This document shows positions 12,890-25,820 of a stretch of 64,000 bases of DNA, one piece after another. The notes beneath the pieces are model-generated. The model searched no databases and was not told where the DNA came from. It worked only from the letters and a program-made list of their open reading frames with translations. Origin of the DNA: Octopus sinensis (taxonomy: Eukaryota); the NCBI RefSeq assembly GCF_006345805.1, contig NC_043009.1, positions 34,472,001-34,536,000 of the forward strand, given 5' to 3'. Numbering within the stretch: position 1 is the stretch's first letter; every line of letters starts with the position of its first letter. The position numbers and the translations under genes were made by a program.

Positions 12890-14085
12890 TCTTTTTGGGA
12901 GGATTAAGAGAAAAAAATGGTGGGTCGAATTTCAATCAAAAGGGATCGTGGGGAAAAAAAAAAGCCAATCAATAAGGATTGTGTATCACAGAAATGTCAA
13001 TGCAAAAATGGAAAACAGATTAGGTTTATCCGTGGAAAGAAAAGCCTACGGAAAAGACCACAGTAACCTTGGGCAATAAAGTCACGCAAAAAAAAAACAT
13101 TGCAGTAAGTGACTCTCTTTTCCTTTCTTTTTTTGGTTCATAGCATTATGCTCAAGCTGGCTCCGTCATTCATACATGCTATCCTTGCTACATTCACCCA
13201 TCTGTTTTTGAAACATTCACTAGACAAAACTTCCCTCTCTACTCTCACCTTCCTCTTCAAGTGATACTTGAAGAAGTTGATGAGAGATTAACCAGAGAGG
13301 CAAGTGTTTGTCTCTAGGCCTTTCAGACACGTCCACCATACACATTCTTTCACCCTATGCCACAAGTACGATTATAATGGCTCTTCCTTCCCGTTTCAAG
13401 GAAGGAGGCGCGACAATATTCACGATAGACTCGGTTGATAAACATACTTGTCCCACACACTGTACAAGTGCGTGCAGGACGGTTTCGTTGCTCTGACCGC
13501 ATTTCGGCCCCATGTTTCTCAAGCCATGCCTGTAGAGCTTATCCCGAATGGGTAGCGCTTTTTGATACCACTGCCAGGTCTGGGATCTCTGTAAGTTGTC
13601 CATAGGTCCCGGTCTGAAAGTCTTCTTGAACAGGCGGGTCAGGTATTCCTTGTCGATGCCCAGGTTCGCCCCGAGATCGTCGTCGTACCCCACCCCCTCC
13701 ATTAATCCCCTACAGAATGCTTTGGTTGTGTTGAAGTCGCTTAAGGTTGACCCGGGACAGCATAGTTGCTTGAGAGCAACGCGACACTCGCAGTGTCATT
13801 CGCCCTACCTCGGCCTGTTTTTGATCCAAGACTGCAGTTCAGTCATGGAGACGAGCTGCAGGAAAGCGCGCTTCACAAACGGCGACCACATCTGTTCACC
13901 GTTGTCTACTTAGAGCCGGAGATGTCGTAGTCTCAGCGCGTGTCTGCGCATCATCAACCACGGCATGCCCAGCCCTCCTTCTAACGGGTATTGGCAGCAA
14001 ACGGACTGCCTGACCATCGGAACACATCCTTTCCACAAGAAGCAGAAGAGGATATTTTCTAGTTTGGTGATGGTAGGGTCGGGAT
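12890..14085 (-). mobile_element. L1/Tx1-clade LINE, ORF2 C-terminal fragment and 3' UTR
   Basis: CCQYPLEGGLGMP motif and zf-RVT-like LPIRDKLYRHG...KCGQSNETVLHALVQC. Confidence 0.85.
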
Positions 14086-14100
14086 GATGATGATGATATA

Positions 14101-14133
<33 letters not shown>

Positions 14134-15962
14134 CAGTAGATTCTGCTTTATAAAACCACCTGCTTAATGTATGCAAAATGGTTGGGATGGAATTTTTACA
14201 CATAAAATCTCTCATTTAATAAATCCAAACCATCACTTAATAAATCCTGTTGTCACTGCTCCTCCAAAAGTTTCAAGAAGTGGCAGTGAATGAATAAAAT
14301 GCTTTTTTTTCTGCTCTTACATACTGACAGGTAGGCTTCAGCAGCCACAGCCAGCCAGCTGTCTTGTGGTACACTCCATCATCCAAAAATAGATCAATAA
14401 AAGTAGTTCCTGGCGGTGGATGATGGAGTCTACCACACAACACTGTCATTCAAGCGAGAAATATTTATTGGATGATGATGTGTACCACGTGACAGCTGGT
14501 TGGTTGTGGCTGCTGGAACCTACCTGTCAGTATTTATGGGTGACAGAAAAGCGTCATTCGTCATTCACGTAGAGAGGCAGACATACACACAAGTTGTTCA
14601 AAATGAAAAGAGAGAAGCAGGACAAACCCGTGGCAGAAAAGATTCAATTGTTAGAACATTACAAAGCTCTTGGGAAAACAACTCAGTAGGAAGCAGCACA
14701 CAGTTTGGAAATTTCAAGACGTCTGCTCCAGAATTTGCCAAAGATCATGATGGCTGTTCAAAGAGAAAGCACCAATGAGAGGGACAAGACCAACAAATAG
14801 ACCGTACTCTCTACGATTGGTTTCAATTTACTCGCTCGGGAAATATTCCCGTCAATGGCTTGATCCTAATGCACAAAGCCAACGCCATTGCTCAAGCTGC
14901 TGGACACTATTTTAAGGCATCCGAAGTTTAGTTTTACCATTGGCAAAAAAAAAAAAAAAATACGGAATCTCTTTTACGGTTCTAAAAGGTAAGAGTTGTA
15001 GTTCACTAGTTCACATTTTTCTCTTTAGAGAACACAAACTAAACATTTCATATTTTGCAGGTAATGCAACTGAAGCTGACATTGACGGAGCCCATCAATT
15101 TTGTGAGACAACCATGCAGCTTCTTTTAAAATCTTGTCAGCCATAGGACATCTACAATGCCAATAAAACTGGGATATACTTACGTGCATCACCAGGAAAT
15201 ACGTATGTCAACAAGAGTTGCAATAAAACTGTGAGGGGCTTTAAGACGGCAAAGGACTGTATGACCTTGATGGTGGTCTGCAACATGAATGGAGACAAAG
15301 AAGACTTGCTCTTAATCAGAAAAGCTGATTCGCCAAGATTCTTCAAAAATGTCAAAATGCTTCCGATTCAGTACGACTTTTCAACTAATGCTTAGATGAC
15401 AGAAAAAAAATCTATGGAAGATGGCTCAGATCTTGGGTTCGTCGTTTGCAGGAATCTGACAATTGCTCTTCTCATGTAGTCATCAATGATCTCAAAAATA
15501 TCACTTTAAAATTTTTTTCCTCCCAACATAATGTCAGTGCTGCAGCACTGTGACATGGGGATGATCAAGACCTTCAAAGCCTACTTCAGACATGAAATGT
15601 GCGAGAAGATCATTGATGTAATGGAAGACACTGAACGTGACATTTTTGCCCAAGAAGTTGCAAGGCGGATCACTATTTTGGATGCCATGCACATGCTAAG
15701 CAAAGCTTGGAAGAACACTTAACGAAAAATTCAATGCAAAGTTGCGAACAAAGCGTCCTACAAAGCAAACAACACTCAACAAAGTTTTCATTCAATGACA
15801 TTGTTTCTAATGTTTTTATTTGTGTATTCACATATCTATGTATTTTAATAAATACACATGTTTAATCAATTGGTGAATTTTTTTCCCCCTGCTCATAAAT
15901 CCCTTGTTTAATAAATCCAAAATAGGTGGTCCCAAGATGGATTTATAAAGCAGGGTCTACTG
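14134..15962 (+). mobile_element. pogo/Tigger DNA transposon, 1829 bp, degenerate transposase
   Basis: TIRs CAGTAGATTCTGCTTTATAAAACC / GGATTTATAAAGCAGGGTCTACTG, TA flanks; CENP-B-type HTH (IDRTLYDWF...IPVNG) and DDE_1 remnants (DIYNANKTG, DMGMIKTFKAYFR). Confidence 0.93.
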
Positions 15963-16063
15963 TATGCATATATATATATATATATATTCCAGAACTTGTT
16001 CCTTCACCCGTCTTTGTCTTTCGTTTTTCTCTTAATTTAAACTATATATAAATATGTGAGTGA

Positions 16064-16098
<35 letters not shown>

Positions 16099-16413
16099 AT
16101 TCCAAGAGAGTTAGAGGTTGTGAATCCAACCAACTAAGGGATAATATCTATCCAATATACTGCTGGTAGAATACCCAGTTATTAAAACACAAGTGCTTTT
16201 TTCATTGCATAGCAATTACATTACCCAGTGTAATGAATGGGTGAGTGTAAAAAGTTATTTTACTCTTAATTGATAAAGCAATAAGAAAATAGAGGGGATC
16301 ATGAGTTGGTATTCATCAACTTATAGACATTGTATTATGTCTATTTTTTTAAAAAAGACAATCATAGTAATATATATACATGTATAATATATTATGCTTT
16401 ACATATATAATAT

Positions 16414-17634
16414 ATAAAATATAAAAATACCAGTAATTATTAAAATATATAACGTAGAACATAGAAAGTAGGATAAAACCTTACAGCTGTTTCAGCCAAG
16501 AGGCCATAGTACCCCATTCTACTTTAATCCCTCCCATAAGACTGCTATCAAATTATGGATAAGAAAAGATACAACAGACCTCTTTGATATTACAATGGGA
16601 TTGCCAGATTCTGCAGAAGTGACAGACCTGGTAGGTCTATATATCTTAGATAATATAGGTAGGGAATTCCCTGAATTAACTGGAGGTCTATATAGGGGAT
16701 GACACACTATTCTTAGTTAAGAACCTTTCGAATAGACGTCTTGAACTGCTAAAAAAGCGTTTGCATAAATTCTTTAATATGGATAATTATTGAAAGCAAA
16801 AACTATTCTATAAACTATTTAGATGCAAATTGTAACCTAAATACTGGACTCCATGAGCCTTAACTCTACATTAAGATATATTAATAATTCTAGTAACCAT
16901 CCCTCACAAATTAAAAAAAAACCCACTACTAAATATAAGCAAAAGAATTTCAAACCTATCCTCTAATGAAGAGATATTTAATAAACATAAGGAAAAATAC
17001 AATATAGCACTAAAAAATGCAGGATATAAAGGTAATATTAAATACCTCCCCAATAATATTAACTATAATAGCCAGGATAGAGTAACTACTTCTAACCCAC
17101 AAAATTTAGACAAATATAACATTTATAAAGATGAATATAAAAATAATAACAATAATAATAAAAAAGAAATATCAAAAATACAATAAGGCAACCCATAAAA
17201 AATAATAATAGTAATAATAGACAGAATAATAACAAAAGCAACAATAATAACAATAATAAAATCATTAGTAATAATAGAAAAAATATAGCATAAATAGTAT
17301 TATTAAACATATAAATAAGACTAATAACAGAGAATTTACACATAATATAAGTAACCCCAATAAGGGAAATAATAAAATAGATACTTTATGGTTAATAATC
17401 CCTTTTGCTATACAAATCAAAAATAACAAATAACATAGTAAAAATAATTTTTAGTTTAATAAATATTTTACAAAAGGAAAAAACAAATATTGGGAGATAA
17501 TAACAAAACAATAAGAATAGGATATAGTAACACATAACCTAGCTACCGTCATCTCCTCAATTAACAATAGAAAACTGGACACCTATCTAAGTAGAAAAAA
17601 TAATAGAATACAAGCATAAATAATAATAATAATA

Positions 17635-17674
<40 letters not shown>

Positions 17675-18660
17675 CCTGAAACTGTGACAGGAAAAGATGA
17701 TGTAACAGTACACTGGGACATGCCAATCAACACCGACAAAGAAATCAAGGCAAACAGGCCAGACAATGTGTCCATTAAAGAACTTGAGAAGTTATTTAAG
17801 TACAAAGACCTAGAAATAGAAGTGACCAAGATGTGGGGAATGAAAAGCAGCACAGCACCAGTGGTGATTGGAGCATTAGGGCTAATTAAGCAAACTCCCT
17901 AGCAGTGTTAACAAGGGAGAACTTCAGAAAATAGTGTTGCTTGGTTTGGCACACATTTTATGCTGTGTACTCTCCATAATATGAGGACCTGCTGTGACCC
18001 TAGGGTCAAAGGATGACCCCAGTTCAGCAGAAGACTACGGACCATATTTTATCTTTAAATAATAATAATAATAATAATAACAGCAACAATAGAAGTGTAA
18101 ATAATAATAGTAATAATACTAACACTAATGATCATGATAGTATAAGCAATAATAACCTTATTAGGACCAACAATAGCCACAGAATTAATAGTATAATAAC
18201 TGTCAACCCCAATAACAAGCTCTACACAACCGCACAGAACATGTAATTGTAGAATAAGTAATAATTGTGAATTCAATAATAACTGCATTAGAAAGGAGGT
18301 AGTATATCAATGTATAGTTAGTACACAATTTGACAGCAAGGTATATGTGGGTATGACAAAAAACAATATGAAACAGAGACTTAATTATCATAACTATACA
18401 TTTAGAAACAGAAATAGGAGAAATTCTGCAGGGTTAAGTAGCTACATATGGGAACTTAAGGATGGGGGAATTAACTATAATTAAAATTGGAAAATATTAA
18501 CATCAGCACCTGCATATAATACTAAAAATAGAAAATGCTTGTTATGTATTACTGAAATTTTCTTTCTAATTGGGACTAAAATTCTGCTTATTAACAGCTT
18601 TAAGGAACGCAACGTTTCCTGTCTTCATAAAATTGGGCATACCTTTTCTAAATACCACTA
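16414..18660 (+). mobile_element. Penelope-like element, degenerate RT and GIY-YIG endonuclease, with a truncated inverted pseudo-LTR at the 5' side
   Basis: 16520-16710 reads FDITMGLPDSAEVTDLVGLYIL...GLYR-DD; 18235-18560 reads CNCR..CEFNNNC...VVYQC...KVYVGMT...GLSSYIWELK; minus-strand GAAACAGCTGTA half-HHR near 16483-16497. Confidence 0.9.
17673..18057 (+). mobile_element. R4/Dong-clade non-LTR fragment (restriction-like endonuclease and 3' end) nested in (TAA)n
   Basis: ORF 17684-17902: HWDMPINTDKEIKANRPD...KYKDLEIEV...W...PVVIGALG; (TAA)n on both flanks. Confidence 0.85.
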
Positions 18661-18709
18661 GGACCTAGTATTAAAACACCCCTACTGACATAATAATAGT
18701 AATGACTGA

Positions 18710-19020
18710 CCATGGGATTGCACCTAGAAAGTTACCCTCCCAGCACAAGTCCGGGCAAGCTTGTTTTATAGAAGACCAGTAGTCGCTCATGCATACTGGC
18801 CTCCCCTCTCCACACCACCACTGTTATCCAAGGGAAAGGCAAAGGCAATACAGCTTGGCACCTGTGACATCGAAACTCATTTCTACAGCTGAGTGAACTG
18901 GAGCAATGTGAAATAAAGTGTCTTACTCAAGAACACAACGTACAGCCTGGTCTGGGATTCAAACTCACAACCGCACAATCATAAGCTCGACACTCTAACC
19001 ACTGAGCCATGTACCTTCAC
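18710..19020 (-). mobile_element. SINE family 3 (tRNA head)
   Basis: Minus strand: TGGCTCAGTGG A-box, GTTTGAATC B-box, then TTCTTGAGTAAGACACTTTAT. Confidence 0.8.
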
Positions 19021-19099
19021 TGAATAAACACACACACTGGTTTAATGCCACTCTTTTATTTTAACAACAACTCATTTGTTTAATGTGCATAGGTACATG

Positions 19100-19192
19100 G
19101 GCGAGGGTAAAGAATACACACACCCGGCGTCTAGGGGTTAGGGATTTTGCTACACCAAAAAACGGGTGGTGTGCATATTCTTTACCTCCTCC
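19100..19192. mobile_element. Mini-MITE with internal TTAGGG, degraded copy
   Basis: Imperfect ~27-bp TIR; homologous to 38062 and 41904; TSD not recognisable. Confidence 0.7.
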
Positions 19193-19875
19193 AGTAAGTG
19201 TATATAGGGTAGTATTAGAATGAGAACAAGATATAAAGAAATGCATAAAAATAGGTCAGATCAGATGTGAGGGCATGCACCATGTTGCTGTAGTCAGCAT
19301 TTGTCCATATTCCTGGCTCCACCCGGTCAACCTATTGAGCAGGGTTCCAGTCAGTCCCCATCTGACGTGACAATACAGCATTTGGTTAACAAACTGGAGC
19401 TGTTAACCCAGCTGGATCCTCAGTGAAGAGAACACATTAAGCAAGAAAATCAAGCAATATGGCCACATAGTCTGAGCTGCCCTCCCACCCCAATCAAACA
19501 AGTATTAGGACTCAACCTAGTTTCAGAGTAGAGTTGTCGGTTGGAAATAAAATGCAACCAATGGTAGCCCATAATCAAGGGAAATCTAGGTACAAAAGTA
19601 CCAGGTGATTCAGTAGTTGTGAGTTTTGAATCTAAAGATAAATACATGTAATTATGCAGAATTCCAAAATACAACCAAACACATCCATGCACACACGGAA
19701 GCACATAAACAGCAGAACATACAATAACACACATCCTTACTCACACTAACATTTACAGACATGCACAAGCACACATATACAAATGTTTACCTATTCAAAA
19801 AACAACTGGCTACACCACACACACACACCAGAACGTACAAAATAAACAAACATATGCATGCACACATAAATACTC

Positions 19876-19943
<68 letters not shown>

Positions 19944-20150
19944 GACTAATTCTCAGACTTGAAACAGACCTTGAGGTGTGAAGGCATGTCCTTGATGAGG
20001 TGTGAATATCGCTGAAAGGACTCTGACAGAGGAAACAAAAATACTGATTGATGGATTTATCAACACATTAATCAAACAATTGAATAGTTGGTAAAATAAA
20101 GGTGATTTTATTTTACATAATGACCTTCTGTAGACAAAGATTTATGTATG

Positions 20151-20187
<37 letters not shown>

Positions 20188-20214
20188 ATATATATATATA
20201 TATATCTTTCTGTA

Positions 20215-20252
20215 TCTTTCTGTCGAAGAGCGTAGGCTCGAAATGTAAAAGA
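20215..20252 (+). ncRNA. Degenerate minimal hammerhead in a Penelope-type pseudo-LTR (about 20205-20350)
   Basis: UCUUU CUGUCGA A GAGC GUAG GCUC GAAA UG UA AAAGA; stems I and II intact, two core/stem III deviations. Confidence 0.55.
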
Positions 20253-20375
20253 CTGTTTCTATTTCTATTCCTGAGCACCATACTAATACATTTGTTTGTT
20301 TGTACTCCACCTGCCTTCGTCTTTTGTTTATTTTCGTAAACCTTCCTGTTATATATATATATACACACATACATA

Positions 20376-21222
20376 CAGGGTGTCCCAAAAGTAACCAATG
20401 GGTTTCAATTTTTAATAATTTCCTTAACTTTACAAATAAATGCATGGAATTTTGACACAATATAAAGGACATTATGGAAATTAATCATTTAACCTTTTCC
20501 CTCTTTTTTCAGATTTTCATTTGCATGGGTTCATCAACAAACAAAATTGCCATTTTGGGAACTCTGAGAACCAAAGAACAGTACACCAGTGAGAAATGCA
20601 CCCTGTAAGGTGCACAGTATGGTATGGATTTGACAGCATATGAAATTATTGCTCCTTATTTCTTTGAAGATGATGATGGACTAGAGAATGGTACAGAACC
20701 ATGATTGAAACCTTTCTGCACCAGACCATTCAAAGTAGACCTCATACATGGTTCCAGCAAGATGAGGCAACTACTCATACCACAAAAGAAACAATGCAGT
20801 TGCTACAGCAGTGCTTTGGAGAGAAAACAATCTCCCACTACAGCAATGTCAACTGGCCTTCACATTCCCCAGATTTGACTAGCCTAGATTTTTACTGAAA
20901 GAGAGGGTTTACGTCAACAAACCAGAGACCCTGGTGCAACTGAAGGAGAACATCAATAGAGAAATCAGAGAAGTGGGGTCTGAAACTCTAAAGGGTGTTA
21001 TGGTGCAAGTTTTGGAAAGAGCACAGGTGTGTGAAGCCAAAAGTGGATGCCATTTAAGTGATATCATTTTTCAAATGTGATGTAGTGGTGTTGCAAAATT
21101 TAACTTGTGCATATTAATTTCCATTATGTCCTTGATATCATATCAAAATTTCATGCATTTATTTGTAAAGTTGAGGAAATTATTAAAAATTAAAACTAAT
21201 CAGTGACTCTTGGGACAGCCTG
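20376..21222 (+). mobile_element. Tc1/mariner DD41D (rosa-type) deletion derivative, 847 bp
   Basis: ~110-bp TIRs starting CAGGGTGTCCC, TA flanks; WFQQD...SPDLTSLD with 41 residues between the last two Asp. Confidence 0.9.
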
Positions 21223-21665
21223 TATATATATATATATATATATATGGTGTAAATCTTTAACAGACTATGGTCTACAAAGTGCTGTCTCCTCCCCATTTTT
21301 CTATCATTACACTATGGTTCATGTCCCTCAGAGTTAGGGTATTTCATACCCACTTCACTTCATGTTACCCAATCAACTCCAAGTGTCACCTCTAGCCACC
21401 CTTGTATATAATACCTACTATGGCACTAAACACAATCTAATGTCACTTCTCCCCAGAAGATTGGCCCTCTGGAAACATCATCCTGCACATAACTATGTTT
21501 CAGATGCTGACTGGCACCACCTTAAATGGACCATTAACACTGTCAAGCTCACTGGTCTTGGAGGGTCCACAAAGGGTATGGGCAGAGCCTTTTTCATTCT
21601 GATTCAACAGGTAAACATATAAGGGAAACAACACAAAAACCTAGGCCTGAGAGTAAAACGAAGGC

Positions 21666-21717
<52 letters not shown>

Positions 21718-21722
21718 ATGTG

Positions 21723-21771
<49 letters not shown>

Positions 21772-21810
21772 TATATATATATATATGTGTGTGTGTATAT
21801 ATATATATGC

Positions 21811-21881
<71 letters not shown>

Positions 21882-21886
<5 letters not shown>

Positions 21887-22267
21887 GCAAGAAGAAAATG
21901 GGGGAAGAATAACAGGAAGAGGTTGGGCGTTTCCGCTAGTAAGCCATTAATTTAATTGATTAATAAAGAAAAGTGGTAGTAATAATACACTAACGATCGT
22001 TTCTGTTTACCAGTCTTACATTATGTAAGACTCACCATGCTTGGTCTTTATTCTCATTACCAATGCATCTTTAGGTCTTTTGCTCTTCTTACCTCTACAT
22101 ATGACTCCACATTCTGATGATGTCTACCACCATAACTGGTAAACAAAAACGACCGTAAATGTATTATTACTATCACTTTTCTTTAATAATAAATTAAATT
22201 AATGACTTACTACCACAAATGACCAACCTCTTCCTGTTCTTCTTCCTCCGTTTTCTTCTTGCATATA
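21882..22267. repeat. Inverted pseudo-LTR pair (~133-bp arms, ~85% identity by eye) with hammerhead
   Basis: Arms 21882-22014 and 22135-22267; HHR at 22109-22162. Confidence 0.85.
22109..22162 (+). ncRNA. Type I hammerhead, G12A mutant
   Basis: ACAUU CUGAUGA UGUCUACCA (7 nt) UGGUAAACA AAAA C GACC G UA AAUGU; the inverted arm keeps GAAAC GAUC GU. Confidence 0.7.
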
Positions 22268-22364
22268 ATTTCAACTACAGTTTACCTGCTGAATTACATT
22301 CCACTGCATATCTTTTACCAAGAACTGTACCTATGCAGGTAATCGCTAGGAGTACCTTTGGATT

Positions 22365-24242
22365 TAACCATCCACTGATGCTATATTTCTGGTAAGACAG
22401 CTGCAGGAGAAATATCTAGCCAAAGATAAATCTATGTACCTGGCTTTCGTTGACTTGGAGAAAGCCTTTGACAGGATCCCCCAATCCCTTATCTGGTGGT
22501 CAATGAGGAAACTAGGGATAGATGAATGGTTAGTAAGAGCTGTGCAAGCCATGTACAGGGACGCTATAAGGTGAGGGTTGGCAACGAGCACAGTGAAGAA
22601 TACCAGGAGTCCACCAAAGTGCAGTCCTCAGCCCCCTCCGATTTATCATAGTCCTCCAGGAAATAACAGAGGAATTCAAGACAGGATGTCCCTGGGAGCT
22701 CCTCTATGCTGATGACCTTACATTAATTGCTGAGTCACTATCAGAACTAGAGGAGAAGTTTTAGGTGTGGAAACAAGGATTAGAATTGAAGGGCCTTAGA
22801 GTCAACCTAGCTAAAACCAAAGTCCTAATAAGTAATAAGGCAGGCAAACCACAAATCCCTTCAGGTCCTGCTCGATCTGAAGAAAAGGCGTTGGTAGAAA
22901 CTCTTTAAGATGTCCCCAGTGTAAGCTATGGACACATAAGAGGTGCAGCAATATCAAAGGAAGGCTAACTGGGAAGATAGTTTTGTATGTGACAGATGCT
23001 CAGGAGCAATAAATACTGAAAATGTGCAGAGAACAACATCCGCCACATTCCAGGGAGAAAAACTAGAAGTAGTTGATAGCTTCCATTACCTAAGTGACCA
23101 AGTCAGTAGCGGGGGAGGGTGCATTAAAAGTGTAGCTGCTAGAATAAAAAAAGCCTGGGCAAAGTTCAGGGAGTTCTTACCTCTGATGGTGACAAAGGGC
23201 ATCTTGCTCAGAATAAAAGGTAGACTGTATGAAGCATGTGTACAAACAGCCATGCTACATGGCAGTGAAACATGGGCCGTGACTGCTGAGGACATGCGTA
23301 AGCTCACAAGGGATGAAGCCAGTATGCTCCGATGGATGTGTAATGTCAGTGTGCATACTCGACAGAATGTAAGTACCTTGAGAGAAAACTCGGACCTAAG
23401 AAGCATCAGATGTGGTGTGCATGAGAGATGACTGAGCTGGTATGGTCATGTGGCGAGAATGAATGAGGATAGCTGTGTGAAAAAGTGCCACACCCTAGCG
23501 ATTGAGGGAACCTGTGGAAGAGGTAGACCCAGGATGACCTGGGATGAGGTGGCGAAGCATGACCTTCGAACATTAGGCCTCACCAAGACAATGACTAGAG
23601 ACCAGGACCTTTGGAGATATGCTGCACTTGAGGTGACCCAGCAAGCCAAGTGAGACCATAACCTCGTGGCCTATGCCAGGGGTGTAACCAGCCCACTTAT
23701 GCGTATCTATCCTTCATTGGACACTAAACTTTGCTTGCGAAGACCTGTTGAGACAAGTGAAATTGAAATCAAAATCAAATTCAATGACTGGCAACCGTGC
23801 TAATGGAGCGCTAAGAGCACTATCCAAGTGTGATCGTTGCCAGAACAGCAAACTGGCTTCCATGCTGGTGGTATGTAAAAAGCACCATTCGAGCATGATC
23901 GTTACCAGCATCGCCTTACTGGCACTTGTGCCGGTGGCATGTGCAAAACATTCAAGCAAGGTCACTGCCAGTACTGCCGGACTGGCTCCTGTGCAGGTGG
24001 CACATAAAAAACACCATTTGAGCGCGGCCGTTGCGAGGACCACCTGACTGGCCCTCGTGCCGGTGGTACATAAAAGCACCCATTACATTCTTGGAGTGGT
24101 TGACATTAGGAAAGACAGCCAGCTGTAGAAACTCTGCCAGATCAGACTGGAGCCTGGTGCAGCCATCTGGTTCGCCAGCCCCAGTCAAATCATCCAACCC
24201 ATGCTAGCATGGAAAGCCGATATTAAACGATGATGATGATGA
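22365..24242 (+). mobile_element. RTE LINE, 5'-truncated within RT, through to the (GAT)n tail
   Basis: IFLVRQLQEKY...AFVDLEKAFDR, LLYADDL, PHD insertion, ORFs 22943-23431 and 23450-23653. Confidence 0.95.
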
Positions 24243-24368
24243 CATATATATACATATATACTCATACATATATATATATATATATATACATACATATATA
24301 TACATAAATATACATGTATATATACACATATATATATAAAATGTTATACATATACACATATATATTTA

Positions 24369-24997
24369 AAATTGAATAAGGGTAGAAATTGATATTAATA
24401 AATTAAAACCACTGGCCTAGCATATTTTTTAAAAAATCCGAAGATTAAAAATTTTTTTACATACAAAATTTAGAGGACTAACCACTATAAGTGAACAGCC
24501 TGTATGCTAGAAATAGACGTCAAAATCGCCATTTTCCACAAAGAATGTGTTCTCAAGAAAAAATTCAGCAAAAAAACCAGTGAAAAAATAAGCAAGACAA
24601 ATGAAAATATACAAAATAAAAGACAATTACCTATGTATTAATTAGTTTCACTTGTTAATATTTATGTATATGGATACGTAAACATCTGCAAAATCATCAG
24701 CATAGTCTGTCGTTTACAAAACAAAGTTTCCAGAACTAGATACAGAACGCTCGACCAAAATCCAGCATGTATAAAGTTCTACAAATCATATTTATGTGTA
24801 TCTTTCAAATGCCTTCACTTTGGCGCGCTGAGATCGGAAATTACTCTGCAGTTAAACTACAGCAGTCAATTCACCGGCTAGAGAACATTTATTTATTTAA
24901 GATTAAATAAGGGTAGAAATTGATATTAATCAATTAAAATCAGAGGCCTAGCATATTTTAAGAAAATCCAAAGATTTTTTTACATACAAAATTTAGA
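24369..24997. repeat. ~530-bp unit with a partial second copy (~100-bp direct repeat)
   Basis: AATAAGGGTAGAAATTGATATTAAT...CATACAAAATTTAGA at about 24372-24475 and 24903-24997. Confidence 0.8.
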
Positions 24998-25097
24998 TCG
25001 GACTGGAGCCTGGTGCAGCCTCCTGGCTTCCCAGAACCCGGTCGAACCATCCAACCCATGCTAGCATGGAAAACGGACGTTAAACGATGATGATGAT
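24998..25097 (+). mobile_element. RTE 3'-tail insertion (similar tails at about 27030-27118, 29058-29238 and 33720-34055; related minus-strand copy at about 51120-51390)
   Basis: CCAACCCATGCTAGCATGGAAA.CGGACGTTAAA(CGATGAT)n. Confidence 0.88.
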
Positions 25098-25715
25098 AAT
25101 TTCAATACCGGTTTCAGTCATTGGGACTTTTTCATCTGTATGGAAAACAATTAAATTTTGGTAAAGAAAAGCTTTTTAAAAAAATATTTGCATAGTATTC
25201 AAATACAATAGGCATTTTCCTTTTTACTGCCTGTCGTTTACTCTTGTGGGTTTGAGGTTGTTGTGAATTCTTGGCAGAGAAAAAAATAGAAGGAAGAGGA
25301 GGAAGCAGATAAGAAGAAGAAGAATGCAGGAGTGCCATGATAGTAGTGGGATGTTAAATGGTCAAGTGCCCTGAAAGTGACTTGTGGGTGGCAGTATCAA
25401 TTGAATTCTTGAGACATCTCTTTAGAATGTATTGTTTATAATATTTGCGTAGGTGTTATTCTAAAGAGCAATAGTAGTAACATAAGGAAGGAGGTGGCGG
25501 AGTGGAAGAAGACGAAGAGGGGGAAAGAGAAGAGAGAATAATAAAGGATGCAGGTGGTATGATAATAGTAGGATGTTAAATGGTCAAGCGACCTAAAAGT
25601 GTGTATATATATATATATATACATAAATATATATATATATATATAAATATACATAAATATAAATATATATATATCTATATATATATACATAATATAAATA
25701 TATATATATATATGT

Positions 25716-25747
<32 letters not shown>

Positions 25748-25779
25748 CATAAATATAAATATATATATACATAAATATA

Positions 25780-25820
<41 letters not shown>

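Noticed and set aside
19990-20030. TTGATGA...GAAA hammerhead-like spacing
   Set aside because: No stem III or cleavage triplet, and a poor stem II.
24650-24720. Minus-strand CTGATGA in the 530-bp unit
   Set aside because: No GAAA core downstream.
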